From the NCBI GenBank assembly GCA_015493385.1, contig WGDE01000234.1, positions 1 through 40,438 on the forward strand: DNA of 40,438 bases. The letters run 5' to 3'. Position numbers and translations under genes: made by a program. The DNA is from Phycisphaerae bacterium. GTDB taxonomy: Bacteria > Planctomycetota > Phycisphaerae > Sedimentisphaerales > Sedimentisphaeraceae. Below, piece after piece: positions 1-7,126 of this stretch (the stretch's first letter is position 1; each line of letters opens with the position of its first letter). A model generated the notes under the pieces. That model made no database searches, had not been told where the DNA came from, and was given only the letters and a program-made list of their open reading frames with translations.

Positions 1-108
1 CCCCCCCCCCCCATGTCACTGCAAAAGTTAAGACGTTGAGTTTATAACCAAATTTAAACAGGCGTAAGGCTTTTAAAAACTTCAAACTGCTTTAACTCAA
101 ACGAAACA

Positions 109-147
109 GATTGGGAAATCACAAGGGATTGCCCTTACGATTTTATG
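109..147 (+). repeat. short intergenic repeat, family R5 (core CACAAGGGAT(T)GCCC), copy 1
   Basis: gattgggaaatcacaagggattgcccttacgatttt here matches acgggcaaccacaagggatgcccctactaaaagatt at 39638-39674 in the same orientation. Both copies are intergenic. Confidence 0.5.
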
Positions 148-227
148 TTTTTATAACCTTACTCATAATGGTAAAATCTGCCTTGTTCTAAAGTTGGCAC
201 AAATAGAGAGAAAAAATCTCATTAGAC

Positions 228-256
228 TTGACATAGCATGAGTTAATGTGCATATT
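228..256 (+). promoter_or_regulatory. candidate sigma70-type promoter of the ATPase/RloB operon
   Basis: TTGACA at 228-233, a 17-nt spacer, then CATATT at 251-256. It lies ~43 nt upstream of ATG 299, which is preceded by a G-rich SD (AGGGGGG, 286-292). Confidence 0.45.
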
Positions 257-298
257 AGTTAGTGTTAATGAGCTAATTACTCTCAAGGGGGGTCGCAA

Positions 299-1627
299 AT
301 GATAGTGAGTTTTTCAATTGAAAACTGGATGTCTTTTCGTGAATTGACCTGCTTTTCTATGGTCGCCAGCAGAGAAAGGCAGCATGGAGGCCGAGTTTCT
401 CAAGTCGCCAAATATAATACTAGAATTTTGCCGATTGCTGCTATCTACGGAGGTAATGCGTCTGGAAAGACTAATTTTTTTAAGGCATTGAGCTTTGTCA
501 AGAGTCTAGTCTTAAGAGGTACCTCTCCGGATAGTCTTATTCCCGTTGATACATACCGACTTGATAGCGATAATATTGATAGACCTTCTCGCTTTAAACT
601 GGAATTACTGATTGATGAAATCATCTATGAGATTAGCTTTGCGGTTACTAGAAAGGTTGTTGTAGAGGAAAAATTAGTTCAAATTACAAGTACTAGTGAA
701 AAAATCTTATATAACCGGCACAAAGATACACCTAATTTTCACCCAAGCCTCGACAAGGATCAGTTTCTACATTTTGCATTTAAAGGAACGCGTGAGAATC
801 AGTTGTTCCTGACAAATTCGGTGTCTCAGAATGTTGGTGTTTTTCGAGCTGTTTATGACTGGTTTAAGGATACACTTGAGTTGATAGCTCCGGACTCACG
901 ATTTGAACCTTTCGAGCAGTTTTTTGATGAGGCTCATCCTCTATACAGTTCCATGAATGAAATGCTCTCACAGCTAGATACTGGCATTTCCCATCTAGGC
1001 GGAGAGGCTATACCATTCGAAAATATCCCATTTACCGAAAGCTTTAAAAGTAAACTTCAGGAAGACATCAAGGAGGGGATGACCGTCCGTTTTCTTGCGT
1101 TACCGATAAATGAGCGTTTTATCATTACGCGTAAAGCTGGTGGGCTAGTTGCTAAAAAATTGATTGCATTTCATACAAGAAGTGACGGTAGTGAAGCCAA
1201 ATTTGATATCAGTCAGGAGTCGGATGGTTCACAAAGGGTAATCGATATGTTACCGGCATTTTTAGAAATATCGGCTACTAACTCCCCAAAAGTGTATATT
1301 ATTGATGAGGTTGACCGTAGCCTTCATTCTTTATTGACACGACAACTCATAGAAGCATATCTTGCGAACTGTAGCAAAGAGGGGCGAACGCAATTGTTGG
1401 TAACTACACATGATGTTCTTCTGATGGATCAGGAGCTTCTCAGGCGAGATGAAATGTGGGTTGTCCAAAGAAATCGCAAAGGTATCTCCGAGCTTATTTC
1501 ATTTGCTGAATATAAAGATATAAGATATGACAAGGATATCCGTAAAAGTTACCTCCAAGGACGATTGGGAGGCGTGCCAAGAATTCTGCTAAGAGGCGCT
1601 ATGGCAAATCGAGAGGGGGGTAACTAA
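299..1627 (+). CDS. ABC-type (AAA_15/AAA_21-like) ATPase, AbiLi / OLD-N-terminal / AriA-like candidate defence ATPase
   Basis: 442-aa ORF. Walker A is GGNASGKTN (K57), Walker B is [13 protein letters not shown], and the H-loop is [13 protein letters not shown] long insert separates Walker A and Walker B, as in SMC/ABC-like defence ATPases. The stop overlaps the next start (TAATG at 1625-1629). Confidence 0.8.
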   Translation: MIVSFSIENWMSFRELTCFSMVASRERQHGGRVSQVAKYNTRILPIAAIYGGNASGKTNFFKALSFVKSLVLRGTSPDSLIPVDTYRLDSDNIDRPSRFKLELLIDEIIYEISFAVTRKVVVEEKLVQITSTSEKILYNRHKDTPNFHPSLDKDQFLHFAFKGTRENQLFLTNSVSQNVGVFRAVYDWFKDTLELIAPDSRFEPFEQFFDEAHPLYSSMNEMLSQLDTGISHLGGEAIPFENIPFTESFKSKLQEDIKEGMTVRFLALPINERFIITRKAGGLVAKKLIAFHTRSDGSEAKFDISQESDGSQRVIDMLPAFLEISATNSPKVYIIDEVDRSLHSLLTRQLIEAYLANCSKEGRTQLLVTTHDVLLMDQELLRRDEMWVVQRNRKGISELISFAEYKDIRYDKDIRKSYLQGRLGGVPRILLRGAMANREGGN

Positions 1628-2229
1628 TGCCTCCCAAGAGAAGAAAATTTAGTCGGCCACTGGGTGAACGCCGTTATAGAAAGATATTTATATTGGCAGT
1701 TGAGGGCGCAAAAACTGAACCTCAGTACTTTGATATCTTCAAAGATTACAATTCGGTGATCCAGATGATTTACCTCAAAGATAAACACGAAAGCTCACCG
1801 CAGCAGGTTCTTGACAGGATGAAAAAATATCTGAAGAGAGAGAGCTTAAAAAAAACGGATCAGGCATGGTTGGTGGTAGACAAGGATCAATGGACCAACG
1901 AGCAACTCTCTCAGTTATATAGATGGTCTCAACAAGCAGATAATTATGGGTTTGCACTTAGTAATCCCAAATTTGAATTTTGGCTTCTTTTGCATTTTGA
2001 AGATGGTAGCGGCGTCAACAGTTCTCAGATATGTTCACGAAGATTGAAGCGATACCTGCCCATTTACGACAAAGGTATTGACATTAGGAAAATATCGGAG
2101 ACGATGATTGCTGATGCTATCCGTAGAGCCAAGCAACGAGACAAGCCGCCTTGCGGTGACTGGCCGCGAAATACCGGAACGACCGTCTATAAATTAGTTG
2201 AGAGTATACAGGAGTCTTCCACTAGGTAA
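1627..2229 (+). CDS. RloB-family (Toprim-like) protein, AbiLii-like partner of the ATPase
   Basis: 200-aa ORF. It carries RloB-type motifs: FILAVEGAKTEPQYF (Toprim Glu, E26), WLVVDKDQW (DxD, D85/D87) and FALSNPKFEFWLLLHFE. It is translationally coupled to the upstream ATPase. Confidence 0.8.
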   Translation: MPPKRRKFSRPLGERRYRKIFILAVEGAKTEPQYFDIFKDYNSVIQMIYLKDKHESSPQQVLDRMKKYLKRESLKKTDQAWLVVDKDQWTNEQLSQLYRWSQQADNYGFALSNPKFEFWLLLHFEDGSGVNSSQICSRRLKRYLPIYDKGIDIRKISETMIADAIRRAKQRDKPPCGDWPRNTGTTVYKLVESIQESSTR

Positions 2230-2240
2230 CAATCAAAAAC

Positions 2241-2278
2241 AAACCCCACACCGTTTGTCAAAGGTGTGGGGTTTTGTC
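2241..2278 (+). terminator. rho-independent terminator of the ATPase/RloB operon
   Basis: Stem CCCCACACC (2244-2252) pairs with GGTGTGGGG (2263-2271) and is followed by TTTTGTCTT. It sits 12 nt after the stop codon. Confidence 0.8.
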
Positions 2279-2340
2279 TTACCTATGCGGTGGTTCTAGC
2301 GTTAAAATGTTTATAATCTCAAGTTTAGATTGGCAGTTGA

Positions 2341-2387
2341 AGACTGCAAGCGAACGATATGCCCAGCTGGGGCTCCGCGTTCCCAGG
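2341..2387 (+). repeat. short intergenic repeat, family R3 (core GCTGGGGCTCCGCGT-CCCAG), copy 1
   Basis: agactgcaagcgaacgatatgcccagctggggctccgcgttcccagg matches the reverse complement of 31828-31880 (…gaacggtatgcggagctggggctccgcgtccccagc). Confidence 0.6.
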
Positions 2388-2435
2388 ATTTCAAGATCTT
2401 CATGGTAAAAATCTGTTTTGTTTATATTTTTAGTA

Positions 2436-2864
2436 TTACGCGCAGACAATCTTTACTGGTGTTGGTTTTGAGATGTTGTCTGAGACTGGACATCTAGAAT
2501 CAACCTCGTGTAGGAACGCTTCTTTTTCTTCTTGGGTCATATCTGAATCGATAGCTACTTTAACCTCAATACCTTCAAACCCAGCTCTTGCGTCTTTATG
2601 TTTTCCAAGTAAAACGTCGATATCTACATCGCCTGAAACTTCGATCTCTACGCCTCTAAGGTCAATCTTTTTTTGCATTGCTACCATTCTTGAGATTGAA
2701 GCGATGCAGCCAGCTAGTGAGAAGAAGAAAAGCTCTAGAGGGGTAGGCCCCTCATTGTTTCCGCCTGGAGCCATCTGGTCGATTACAACTGCATGCTCTC
2801 TAATCTGAGCGTCGATTCTAAACCCATGCGCCATTGTTGATTTTACTGAGACTGTTTTTTTCAT
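2436..2864 (-). CDS. OsmC/Ohr-family peroxiredoxin-like protein
   Basis: 142 aa with the family layout GPTPLELFFFSLAGCIAS … DSRCPVS, i.e. the two conserved Cys of OsmC/Ohr. Confidence 0.75.
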   Translation of the reverse strand: MKKTVSVKSTMAHGFRIDAQIREHAVVIDQMAPGGNNEGPTPLELFFFSLAGCIASISRMVAMQKKIDLRGVEIEVSGDVDIDVLLGKHKDARAGFEGIEVKVAIDSDMTQEEKEAFLHEVDSRCPVSDNISKPTPVKIVCA

Positions 2865-2907
2865 TTTGTATCCCTTGTTAAAAAAATGGTATTCTTGAAA
2901 TAATTAT

Positions 2908-2929
2908 AGCTGCGCCATACGCGCAGGCT
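2908..2929 (-). terminator. possible terminator hairpin downstream of the sigma54 activator gene
   Basis: CTGCGC (2910-2915) pairs with GCGCAG (2921-2926) around a 5-nt loop. On the minus strand it is followed by an A/T-rich tract (ataattatttc). There is no clean U-run. Confidence 0.3.
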
Positions 2930-3018
2930 AGTTCTTGCCACACAAGCGAGGGATTTTAACAGATTTAATCTTTAGATTCAACTGCTTAAACCCAAAACCT
3001 ATTTGCAATGATGGGCGA

Positions 3019-3098
3019 AATTGGGGAAAATTACCTATCTTCGGTTTGTTTGTGGTGGCGTGTAGGTTATGCCGTAAAGTAGGTACAGCTGCAACCGG
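3019..3098 (-). repeat. intergenic repeat family R2, copy a (inverted relative to copy b at 23843-23957)
   Basis: The reverse complement reads ccggttgcagctgtacctactttacggcataacctaca … aaaccgaagataggtaattttccccaatt. Hand alignment to copy b gives 33/38 identities in block 1 and 26/30 in block 2. Confidence 0.7.
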
Positions 3099-3118
3099 TC
3101 TATGGCTAATCGCAGCTG

Positions 3119-4486
3119 TTACTGTTTTACTGTTTCAGATTTGGGGCTTAGGTTGTGTTGCTTGACTTTTGCGTATAGGGTTGCTCTTGTTATGCCGAGC
3201 ATGGATGCGGCTTTTGTTTTTTGCCAACCGGCAGCATCTAGCGCTCTAGCTATCATCTCACGTTCTGCTGATTCAAGCGAGAAGTCATCTATCACTTTGC
3301 CTACATTGACCTTCGCATCATCTAATATTGCTTCTGGATTAAGCATTAGATTGCTTAGCCCAACTTTGTCTGAGTTTTCGAGTAGGATTGCGCGGTCTAC
3401 TACATTTTTGAGTTCACGGACATTGCCAGGCCAGCTGTGCTTCTTGATTGCTTCCATTGCTAACGCTGTGAAGCCCTTAATCTTGCCGTGTTTTTCGGGG
3501 CATATATTTGACGTTTGCAAGAAGAAGTTTGCAAGTGTTTCAATGTCTTCTCGCCTATCTTCTGCCCTTAGAGGTGATAATGTTATTGGGCATACGCTTA
3601 GTCTATAGTAGAGGTCACGCCTGAATTTGTTTTCTTGGACATCTTTGATTAGATTTCTATTGCTCGATGCAATTATTGTTGCTCTGCATTGCAAAGTCTT
3701 TGTGCCACCGACTTTACGGAATGTCTTTTCTTGAATTACTCTAAGTAGCTTCGCCTGTAAATCAAGCGGCATCTCACTTATCTCATCAAGGAAAATGCTA
3801 CCATCTTTGGCTAGTTCTAAGAGCCCCATCTTCTCATTGTCAGCGCTTGTAAAAGAGCCTTTGGCATGGCCAAACAATTCGCTCTCAAGCAGATTCGCAG
3901 TTAGAGCGGCGCAGTTTACTTCAATAAATGGCTTACTAGAGCCGTGTCTTACTTGGTGCAGAGCCTTGGCGGCTAATTCTTTTCCCGTTCCAGTTTCGCC
4001 AATAATCAATACAGGGTTGCAGTTACTTTTTGCAACCACATTAATCAATTGCAGTGCGCGTTGGTTGGCTTTGCTTTTACCAACAATTTCTACATTTGCA
4101 GGGCAATTATCACAGAAGTAGTCGCCGGCATCACTGTCGCAACGTTTAATCTTGGCAATTATTGAACCGAGCCGTTCGTAATCATTTTTTCCACATAGAA
4201 AATCGTGCGCTCCCATAGCGATACTATTCTTTGATGCAATGGGACAGTCGTCGCCCGCTGCAATTACAGGAGTGTCTATGTTGTTGTTTTTAGTCCATTC
4301 AAGGAAATCATAAACATTGTTACTTGCTACAGTTGAATCAAGAATTATTAATTCTGGCGCAACTGACTCGGTTAGTTCGGCTAGGTCGCTAATGCAATCT
4401 GCACTAAAAACCTGCTCAGCATGTTTCTGAACTAACTCTTGAAGTTGGGTATCTCTACCAGCCAGTAAAATTCTGGACAAGGTCAT
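3119..4486 (-). CDS. sigma54-dependent transcriptional activator (FleQ/FlrA-like enhancer-binding protein with an atypical receiver domain)
   Basis: 455 aa. The AAA+ sigma54-interaction domain has Walker A GETGTGKE, a GAFTGA-loop variant ELFGHAKGSFTSA, Walker B GSIFLDEI, and RRDLYYRL. A C-terminal Fis-type HTH is present (AASMLGITRATLYAKVKQH). The N-terminal REC-like fold lacks the usual acidic DD pair. The gene is divergent from the flagellar operon. Confidence 0.85.
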   Translation of the reverse strand: MTLSRILLAGRDTQLQELVQKHAEQVFSADCISDLAELTESVAPELIILDSTVASNNVYDFLEWTKNNNIDTPVIAAGDDCPIASKNSIAMGAHDFLCGKNDYERLGSIIAKIKRCDSDAGDYFCDNCPANVEIVGKSKANQRALQLINVVAKSNCNPVLIIGETGTGKELAAKALHQVRHGSSKPFIEVNCAALTANLLESELFGHAKGSFTSADNEKMGLLELAKDGSIFLDEISEMPLDLQAKLLRVIQEKTFRKVGGTKTLQCRATIIASSNRNLIKDVQENKFRRDLYYRLSVCPITLSPLRAEDRREDIETLANFFLQTSNICPEKHGKIKGFTALAMEAIKKHSWPGNVRELKNVVDRAILLENSDKVGLSNLMLNPEAILDDAKVNVGKVIDDFSLESAEREMIARALDAAGWQKTKAASMLGITRATLYAKVKQHNLSPKSETVKQ

Positions 4487-4562
4487 ATGCTCTCTCTTTT
4501 TTGGCTAAAGGTATTATAAAACTTATGATGACTTATTTTGATTACTAGAGGTCGTTAAAGCG

Positions 4563-4579
4563 TTGGCTAAATTGACCAA
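4563..4579. promoter_or_regulatory. candidate enhancer/operator site (imperfect palindrome TTGGCTAAATTGACCAA)
   Basis: TTGG…CCAA arms surround TAAATTGAC, which is the right half of the published Pseudomonas FleQ box GTCaNTAAATTGAC. It lies ~80 nt upstream of the regulator start and ~300 nt upstream of the -24/-12 promoter. Confidence 0.25.
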
Positions 4580-4871
4580 TATTCTCAATTTATATCTAAC
4601 TAAGGACAAGGTTTATTTCGGCAATGTTTTTATTGGACTTTAAAATTTATGGGACTTTGGTTGGGATTTTGTGAAATTTCGTTTAATGCGGCAAGTGTAC
4701 TTTTTTTTGCGCAGATTGGGGTGGGAGTTTTTTTCCAAGAGATGGGGAAAAATTTGCCATGTAGATATGTTTATTGAACGTTTGTGAAGTTGCTTTGAAA
4801 TGATAGATTATTCTTGTAAGTGTTTGATTATTAGTGTGTTACGTGTCTGTTGTTGTGTTTGCTTGCCTAGT

Positions 4872-4887
4872 TGGTACAACCTTTGCA
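4872..4887 (+). promoter_or_regulatory. sigma54 (-24/-12) promoter of the flgD operon
   Basis: TGGTAC-aacct-TTGCA compares with consensus TGGCAC-N5-TTGCW. The GG/GC spacing is exact and there is one mismatch. It lies 47 nt upstream of the flgD ATG (4934), next to a sigma54 activator gene. Confidence 0.7.
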
Positions 4888-4933
4888 TATAGCGAAGCGG
4901 CTAATAGTATTCTAATTTTTAGAGAGAATAATC

Positions 4934-5356
4934 ATGGAAGCAATATCAGCATCAAAGCAAAAAGTGGATTATATGAATCTTCTGGTGACTCAATTGCAGA
5001 ACCAGAACCCTCTTGAGCCGGTGGATAATAAGGATATGGCAGCTCAGCTTGCTCAGTTTAGTCAACTCGAAGAAAGTGAGAAGATGACTACTAGTCTAGG
5101 CGCACTTAATAGCACTTTTTCGCAGGTGCTAAAAAGCTCTCAGCTTGAGTATGCTAGCGGGCTTCTAGGGAACAAAATATCGTTCGAAAAAGATGGCGTT
5201 ACGATAGTTGGCGAGGTTTTGGAAGCTAACAAGACTGATGATGGAGTGATACTTACTACGAACGTCGCATATAATGATGAAAATGGCAACCCTGTCAATT
5301 CTTACGTTGAGGTTAACCTTGATGACGTTAAGAGTGTGATAAAGAGTCAAAATTAA
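4934..5356 (+). CDS. flgD: flagellar hook assembly/capping protein FlgD
   Basis: 140 aa with the N-terminal FlgD signature LLVTQLQNQNPLEPVDNKDMAAQLAQFSQLEE. It sits immediately upstream of flgE. Confidence 0.85.
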   Translation: MEAISASKQKVDYMNLLVTQLQNQNPLEPVDNKDMAAQLAQFSQLEESEKMTTSLGALNSTFSQVLKSSQLEYASGLLGNKISFEKDGVTIVGEVLEANKTDDGVILTTNVAYNDENGNPVNSYVEVNLDDVKSVIKSQN

Positions 5357-5409
5357 AATAAATATGAGCTAAGTTGGTTTTAGTTTGTACTAATCAAAGG
5401 AGAAAATAA

Positions 5410-7092
5410 ATGAGTTATGCTTTATCTTCAGGCGTAACAGGCTTGCAGGCACATCAGAAAATGCTTGATGTTGCCGGTAACAATCTGGCGAATGTAAACA
5501 CTATTGGCTTCAAGGAAAGTAGCGTTACCTTCTCTGATACTTTGAGTCAAACGCTTAGAAATGCTTCGGGACCAAGTGGTGACCTTGGTGGTGTTAACCC
5601 ACAACAGATGGGTAGTGGTGTTCAGATTGCTAGCATTGTCAAGAATATGACTCAAGGCAGTATTACTGCTACTGGCCAAGACCTTGATATGGCTATCAGT
5701 GGGGCTGGTTTCTTCTGTTTGTCTAACGGTGATGTTCCGGTCTATTCTAGAGCTGGTGCCTTTGCCGTTGATGCGAATAATTATCTTGTTGATCCGGCTA
5801 CTGGGTTTAGAGTCCAGAGGGTTGGTAGCACTGGTGAGGCAGAAGGATTCCAGACGGTTGGAGATGATGATATCAATATTCCGTACAACGTAGCCATTCC
5901 ACCGGAGGCAACCACAGAAGTTGCAGTCTCTGGAAACCTTCGTGCTGAGGGTAGCTCGACTGAAGAGACTGCATCAAAGCTCAAGATGCGAATGGGAGAT
6001 CCATTTACTGTGGGCGGTATTACTCCGGCAGAGACAACAACTTTGCTCCAAGACCTTGATCAGTTCAGTGGTGCTTGGAGTGGTACTGAGACCATAAACT
6101 TCACTGGTGCAGCGGCCGATGGCACTGCTTATAACTGGTCTATGGCGGTTGATGCAACAACAACGGTTGGTGATGTTATTAATGCTATAAATTCTAATGG
6201 TTCTTTCTCAACCGATATGAATGCCTATCTGCAAAATGGCGAAATTTTCGTTCAAGCTAACGATGCAGGCTATAATAAATGTGATTTTTCAATGTCGTTC
6301 ACTCCTGGTGGTGCAGATTTGTCAATGAGCAGTTATTTCAGGACTGATGTTCCCGCTGGTAATGATGTTGCCTTGACTACAACTACTATATTTGATTCTC
6401 AGGGTGGCGAGCATACACTCTCTCTTGCGTTTGTAAGGACAAATACCCCGCAGAAATGGGATATGATTATTAAGAGTGTAAGTGGTGATGTAAACGCTCT
6501 AACAGATAGGAGAATCAATGGAATTGATTTTACAACTATTGGTGAGTTTGATGGTGTTGATGGTACGGATGCGGGAGGGTCTACTTTCCAGATTGACTTC
6601 AAACACGACCCTGGAATATCGCAGGTTATCAATGTTAACCTTGGTGTCAAGGGACAACTCACGGGTATTACCCAGTTTGCAACCGCTGGAGTTGAGTCGA
6701 CTGCTGTTGCAGAGAAAAAGAATGGTTATGAAGCGGGAATGCTCTCGAGTGTAACGGTTGATACGTCAGGAATGTTGGTCGGACACTTTACAAATGGCGA
6801 GCTTAAAGATATTGCTGCTCTTAAGATGGCAGTATTCCAAAATCCAATGGGACTAGAGTCTGTAGGAAACAACTATTTCGTTGAGACTGCCAACTCTGGA
6901 GTAGCAATGGAGACGACTGCTATGAGTAATGGTGCAGGCAAGATTCAAAACCGTTCTCTTGAGAATTCTAATGTTGATACGGCAATTGAGTTTGTTCGGT
7001 TGATGGAAGCGCAGAATGGTTTCCAGGCGAACTCAAGAACTATTCAGATTGCCAATGAAGTCTTAAAAGAATTAACCAATATTATTAGATAA
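5410..7092 (+). CDS. flgE: flagellar hook protein FlgE
   Basis: 560 aa. The N-terminal rod/hook motif is GLQAHQKMLDVAGNNLANVNTIGFK and the C-terminal motif is LENSNVDTAIEFVRLMEAQNGFQANSRTIQ. A long variable central region separates them. SD AAGGAG precedes the ATG. Confidence 0.9.
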   Translation: MSYALSSGVTGLQAHQKMLDVAGNNLANVNTIGFKESSVTFSDTLSQTLRNASGPSGDLGGVNPQQMGSGVQIASIVKNMTQGSITATGQDLDMAISGAGFFCLSNGDVPVYSRAGAFAVDANNYLVDPATGFRVQRVGSTGEAEGFQTVGDDDINIPYNVAIPPEATTEVAVSGNLRAEGSSTEETASKLKMRMGDPFTVGGITPAETTTLLQDLDQFSGAWSGTETINFTGAAADGTAYNWSMAVDATTTVGDVINAINSNGSFSTDMNAYLQNGEIFVQANDAGYNKCDFSMSFTPGGADLSMSSYFRTDVPAGNDVALTTTTIFDSQGGEHTLSLAFVRTNTPQKWDMIIKSVSGDVNALTDRRINGIDFTTIGEFDGVDGTDAGGSTFQIDFKHDPGISQVINVNLGVKGQLTGITQFATAGVESTAVAEKKNGYEAGMLSSVTVDTSGMLVGHFTNGELKDIAALKMAVFQNPMGLESVGNNYFVETANSGVAMETTAMSNGAGKIQNRSLENSNVDTAIEFVRLMEAQNGFQANSRTIQIANEVLKELTNIIR

Positions 7093-7126
7093 TAGCAGCA
7101 GATGATTGTAGCTGAGATAAACAGAT

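Noticed and set aside
1-12. Run of 12 C at the very start of the window
   Set aside because: A homopolymer exactly at a sequence end is most simply an assembly, tailing or read-end artefact. Nothing in the adjacent sequence suggests a biological poly-C tract such as a phase-variation site in front of a gene.
195-210. TGGCAC hexamer upstream of the ATPase gene that looks like a sigma54 -24 box
   Set aside because: The required TTGC -12 element is absent at the N5 spacing, where the sequence is aaata-gagag. A good sigma70-type TTGACA-17-CATATT lies just downstream.
2935-3165. 76-aa ORF in the OsmC / sigma54-regulator spacer
   Set aside because: It has no SD, has odd Cys/Trp-rich composition, and overlaps both the R2 repeat and the 3' end of the regulator gene. 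It is best explained as a chance ORF across a repeat.
3102-3608. Long antisense ORFs inside well-supported genes: 3102-3608, 7150-7560, 18784-19299, 20335-20781, 28286-28747 and others in the ORF track
   Set aside because: Each lies wholly within, and opposite to, a CDS with clear family motifs. Their low-complexity Ser/Leu/Pro-rich translations are typical of shadow ORFs.
4834-5016. 60-aa ORF overlapping the flgD promoter and start
   Set aside because: It overlaps the -24/-12 promoter and the flgD 5' end in another frame. It has no recognisable motif and no SD.
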